DNA of 58,517 nt from an uncultured Candidatus Saccharibacteria bacterium. GTDB taxonomy: Bacteria > Patescibacteriota > Saccharimonadia > CAILAD01 > GCA-016700035. The translations under genes were made by a program, and so were the position numbers. A model generated the notes under the pieces. The model searched no databases. It was not told where the DNA came from and saw only the letters and a list, made by a program, of their open reading frames with translations. This document shows positions 56,601 to 58,517 of this stretch, one piece after another. Where the stretch lies: contig CAZOVH010000004.1 in the NCBI GenBank assembly GCA_964583675.1, forward strand, positions 39,275 to 97,791. Direction: 5' to 3'. Numbering within the stretch: the first letter of the stretch is position 1; every line of letters begins with the position of its first letter.

Positions 56601-57349
56601 TCGCGCAATTCCTTGCCAGTCAGATCAATAAACACGTCTTCCAGCGTAGCTGGCGCCACTTTGCGATGCGGCTTAAAGCCACGCTCCAAAAGTGAGCTAA
56701 TTAACTTTGCTGGCGTGTCGAGCGCCACTATCTTACCTTCGTCCATAATGGCAATGCGATCACACAAATACTCAGCCTCGTCCATGTAGTGAGTGGTAAT
56801 AATCACTGTTTTTCCGGAAGCCTGAATTTGTTTGACTAGCTCCCAAAGATTACGACGTGCTTGCGGATCAAGGCCTGTAGTTGGCTCATCTAAAAATAAT
56901 ACAATTGGATCATTCACAAGAGCTGCGGCAATTGAAAAGCGCTGACGCTGCCCACCCGAGAGTTCCTTGGCCTGAGATTTTGATTTTTCAGTTAAATCGA
57001 CTTCTTCTAGAAGTTCTTTAGGGTCTTTATTTTGGGCATAAAGGTTTGAGAATAAGTGCAGAATTTCCACCAACGTGAGCTTTTCAAAAAAACTTGAGCT
57101 TTGCAGCTGAACACCGATTTTTTCTTTCACTTCATACGGATGCTTGGCCACATCTGTACCGTCAATCGTGATTGAACCAGAAGTGATATCACGCAGGCCC
57201 TCCATCATCTCCAAGGTAGTAGTTTTCCCAGCGCCGTTTGGTCCCAAAATGCCAAACACTTCGCCTTTCTTTACTTCGAAGCTCACCCCCCGCACTGCTT
57301 CGAAGTCTTGGTATTTTTTGCGTAAGTTTTTAACAGTTATTAAGGCCAT
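56597..57349 (-). CDS. ABC transporter ATP-binding protein (DrrA-like)
   Basis: GPNGAGKTT Walker A, LSGGQRQR signature, and LFLDEPT Walker B. Confidence 0.92.
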   Translation of the reverse strand: MALITVKNLRKKYQDFEAVRGVSFEVKKGEVFGILGPNGAGKTTTLEMMEGLRDITSGSITIDGTDVAKHPYEVKEKIGVQLQSSSFFEKLTLVEILHLFSNLYAQNKDPKELLEEVDLTEKSKSQAKELSGGQRQRFSIAAALVNDPIVLFLDEPTTGLDPQARRNLWELVKQIQASGKTVIITTHYMDEAEYLCDRIAIMDEGKIVALDTPAKLISSLLERGFKPHRKVAPATLEDVFIDLTGKELRE

Positions 57350-57393
57350 GTCCTCTAAGTATACTGCAGTCAGTCAAAAAAATGAGCCCCTCT

Positions 57394-58307
57394 CTACAAC
57401 GAGAGGAGCTTCTGAGCGCGTTCAATGTAGCGCTTGGCCGCGTCAAGGTTCATCGTTCCGTCGGGTTTACGCAGTTTGCCTTGAGCATCAACACTCAACC
57501 CGGGCAAAGCGTGTTCGAGGGCAGCATACGACTCCATCACAAATCGATACGTGTCGATTGTTTCGTCGTGGAGACCACCCGCAATCGCGAGCCGCAGACA
57601 TGCCGAAGAATTACAGAGGGCGAAATACGGCTCCAGCGCTGGCAACAAGCCTCGACTTGGCAACTCGATGCCAAAACCTCCCGAAGCGTCGTAGAGCACC
57701 GTCTGAAATGGAAAGCCGTTATATCGCTGACTATGCGATCCATACTCCAAGTCGATAAACTCTGCTGGGGCCATTTCCGGACAGATCATCTCACGAACCG
57801 GCTCGAGCAGCTGTGGCCACACTTGCAGCACTGAGCGAGTGGGCCACCGCACAACGACCTTCGCCTGGATTCCAGCCAAGTCAGCGATGGCCGCATGGGA
57901 AACGGGAAGTTGAACTGGAAGCCACCAAAGCCCGTCCGCACGACCGGATCCCAGCTACCAATTTCTTCATCGATAATCTGGCGACAATCTTCGAAAAACA
58001 CAACCTCGTCTGCCCTCCACTCTTCTGGCGTGGCATAACTATTGCCAACCGGGCCGGCGGCGTTGTAGTGGATAAGCGCGAAAGCTCTCGCGTCATCAAC
58101 GGCGGCAATCAACCCTTCGAGTTGTTCGCGCGGCGGGAACATGCGCGGATAGCTTGAGGGTCGGCCACTCCACGTCTTGTGGCTCACCAGAATTCCCACC
58201 ATCAGCTGATGTGAGTCATCTGGTCCGAACAGGTCCTGAAGAGCTTCGATCTCTTTCGGCTTCATGAAACCGGTCACGCCGATGTAGGGCTTGGAAGGTG
58301 CAAACAT
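57394..58307 (-). pseudogene. frameshifted TIM-barrel gene resembling phosphoribosylanthranilate isomerase (PRAI/TrpF-like)
   Basis: ORFs 57786-58307 and 57394-57879 overlap in adjacent frames. The second frame is open back to 57946. Motifs YIGVTGF, LYDASGGFG, IAGGLHDETI and LSVDAQGKL...D follow PRAI order. G+C is about 60% by hand count. Confidence 0.55.
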
Positions 58308-58396
58308 TGCAACCCGCTCCTTCTTTGGTTCGATAAAAAGGTACGGGCATATTTTAACCGTGCAAGCCTGTTAGCGCGAGCATGAGGATAATGCTT

Positions 58397-58426
58397 TTGT
58401 CAGCTAACGAAAAAAGCAGGTACAAT
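58397..58426 (+). promoter_or_regulatory. promoter of tRNA-Ile2
   Basis: TTGTCA, an 18-nt spacer, then TACAAT, ending 15 nt before the tRNA. Confidence 0.55.
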
Positions 58427-58441
58427 AGAGAAGTTCATTTC

Positions 58442-58517
58442 GGGCCCGTAGCTCAGTGGTTAGAGCAGTCGACTCATAATCGATTGGCCGCTGGTTCAAA
58501 TCCAGCCGGGCCCACCA
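58442..58517 (+). tRNA. tRNA-Ile2 (anticodon CAT, lysidine-dependent), CCA encoded
   Basis: Perfect cloverleaf. The body (AGCTCAGTGGTTAGAGCAG.CGACTCATAATCG.TTGG.CGCTGGTTCAA.TCCAGC) closely matches my recollection of E. coli ileX rather than Met tRNAs (not checked against a reference). tilS is present. Confidence 0.75.

Noticed and set aside
57881-58108. 75-aa ORF in the third frame of the PRAI-like pseudogene region.
   Set aside because: It is a high-GC shadow frame. The other two frames together carry the ordered TIM-barrel motifs.

Overview
This is a 58.5-kb chromosomal segment from a small-genome bacterium that looks monoderm. All calls come from hand reading of the sequence and ORF track; no database search was possible. 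The gene content suggests a Patescibacteria/CPR organism such as Saccharibacteria (inference only): a type IV pilus operon with no secretin, a sortase with LPXTG-type surface proteins, ComEC, almost no biosynthetic genes, and a backbone of roughly 45-50% G+C. The backbone holds 6 tRNAs, all with encoded CCA: Arg-TCT, His-GTG, Lys-TTT, Met-CAT, fMet-CAT and Ile2-CAT. It also holds mgtE, ymdB, rny, tsaB/tsaE, pilB-pilC-pilin-pilM-pilN-pilO, ruvB/ruvA/ruvC, yebC, comEC, hrcA-grpE-dnaK behind two CIRCE operators, a J-protein, lepA, murJ, ftsH, tilS, an ftsB-like gene, a DUF2207 gene, an ABC-2 exporter pair and a sortase/surface-protein/polysaccharide-deacetylase cluster. I saw no rRNA, CRISPR array, transposase or integrase. 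Two things stand out. (1) A tightly coupled six-gene minus-strand operon (24563-30199) has three ATP-grasp ligases (canonical RimK plus two divergent paralogues, one fused to a retropepsin-like peptidase), an HExxH peptidase, a helical protein and a small membrane protein. I read it as an expanded write/erase peptide-tailing system that I cannot match to a characterised one. (2) Several short blocks of visibly higher G+C (about 57-60% by hand counts) carry actinobacterial-type genes: a canonical WhiB between ruvC and ruvA, pyrE-like plus type-2 pyrF, a receiver-domain cassette, a double-HTH protein, a degenerate HAD-like trio and a frameshifted PRAI-like gene. Some of these blocks lie next to tRNA genes. 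The tRNA-Lys and tRNA-fMet genes (the Lys locus carries a separate ~48% G+C HEMGH cargo gene) are followed by duplicated copies of their own 3' ends, which look like attachment-site scars.
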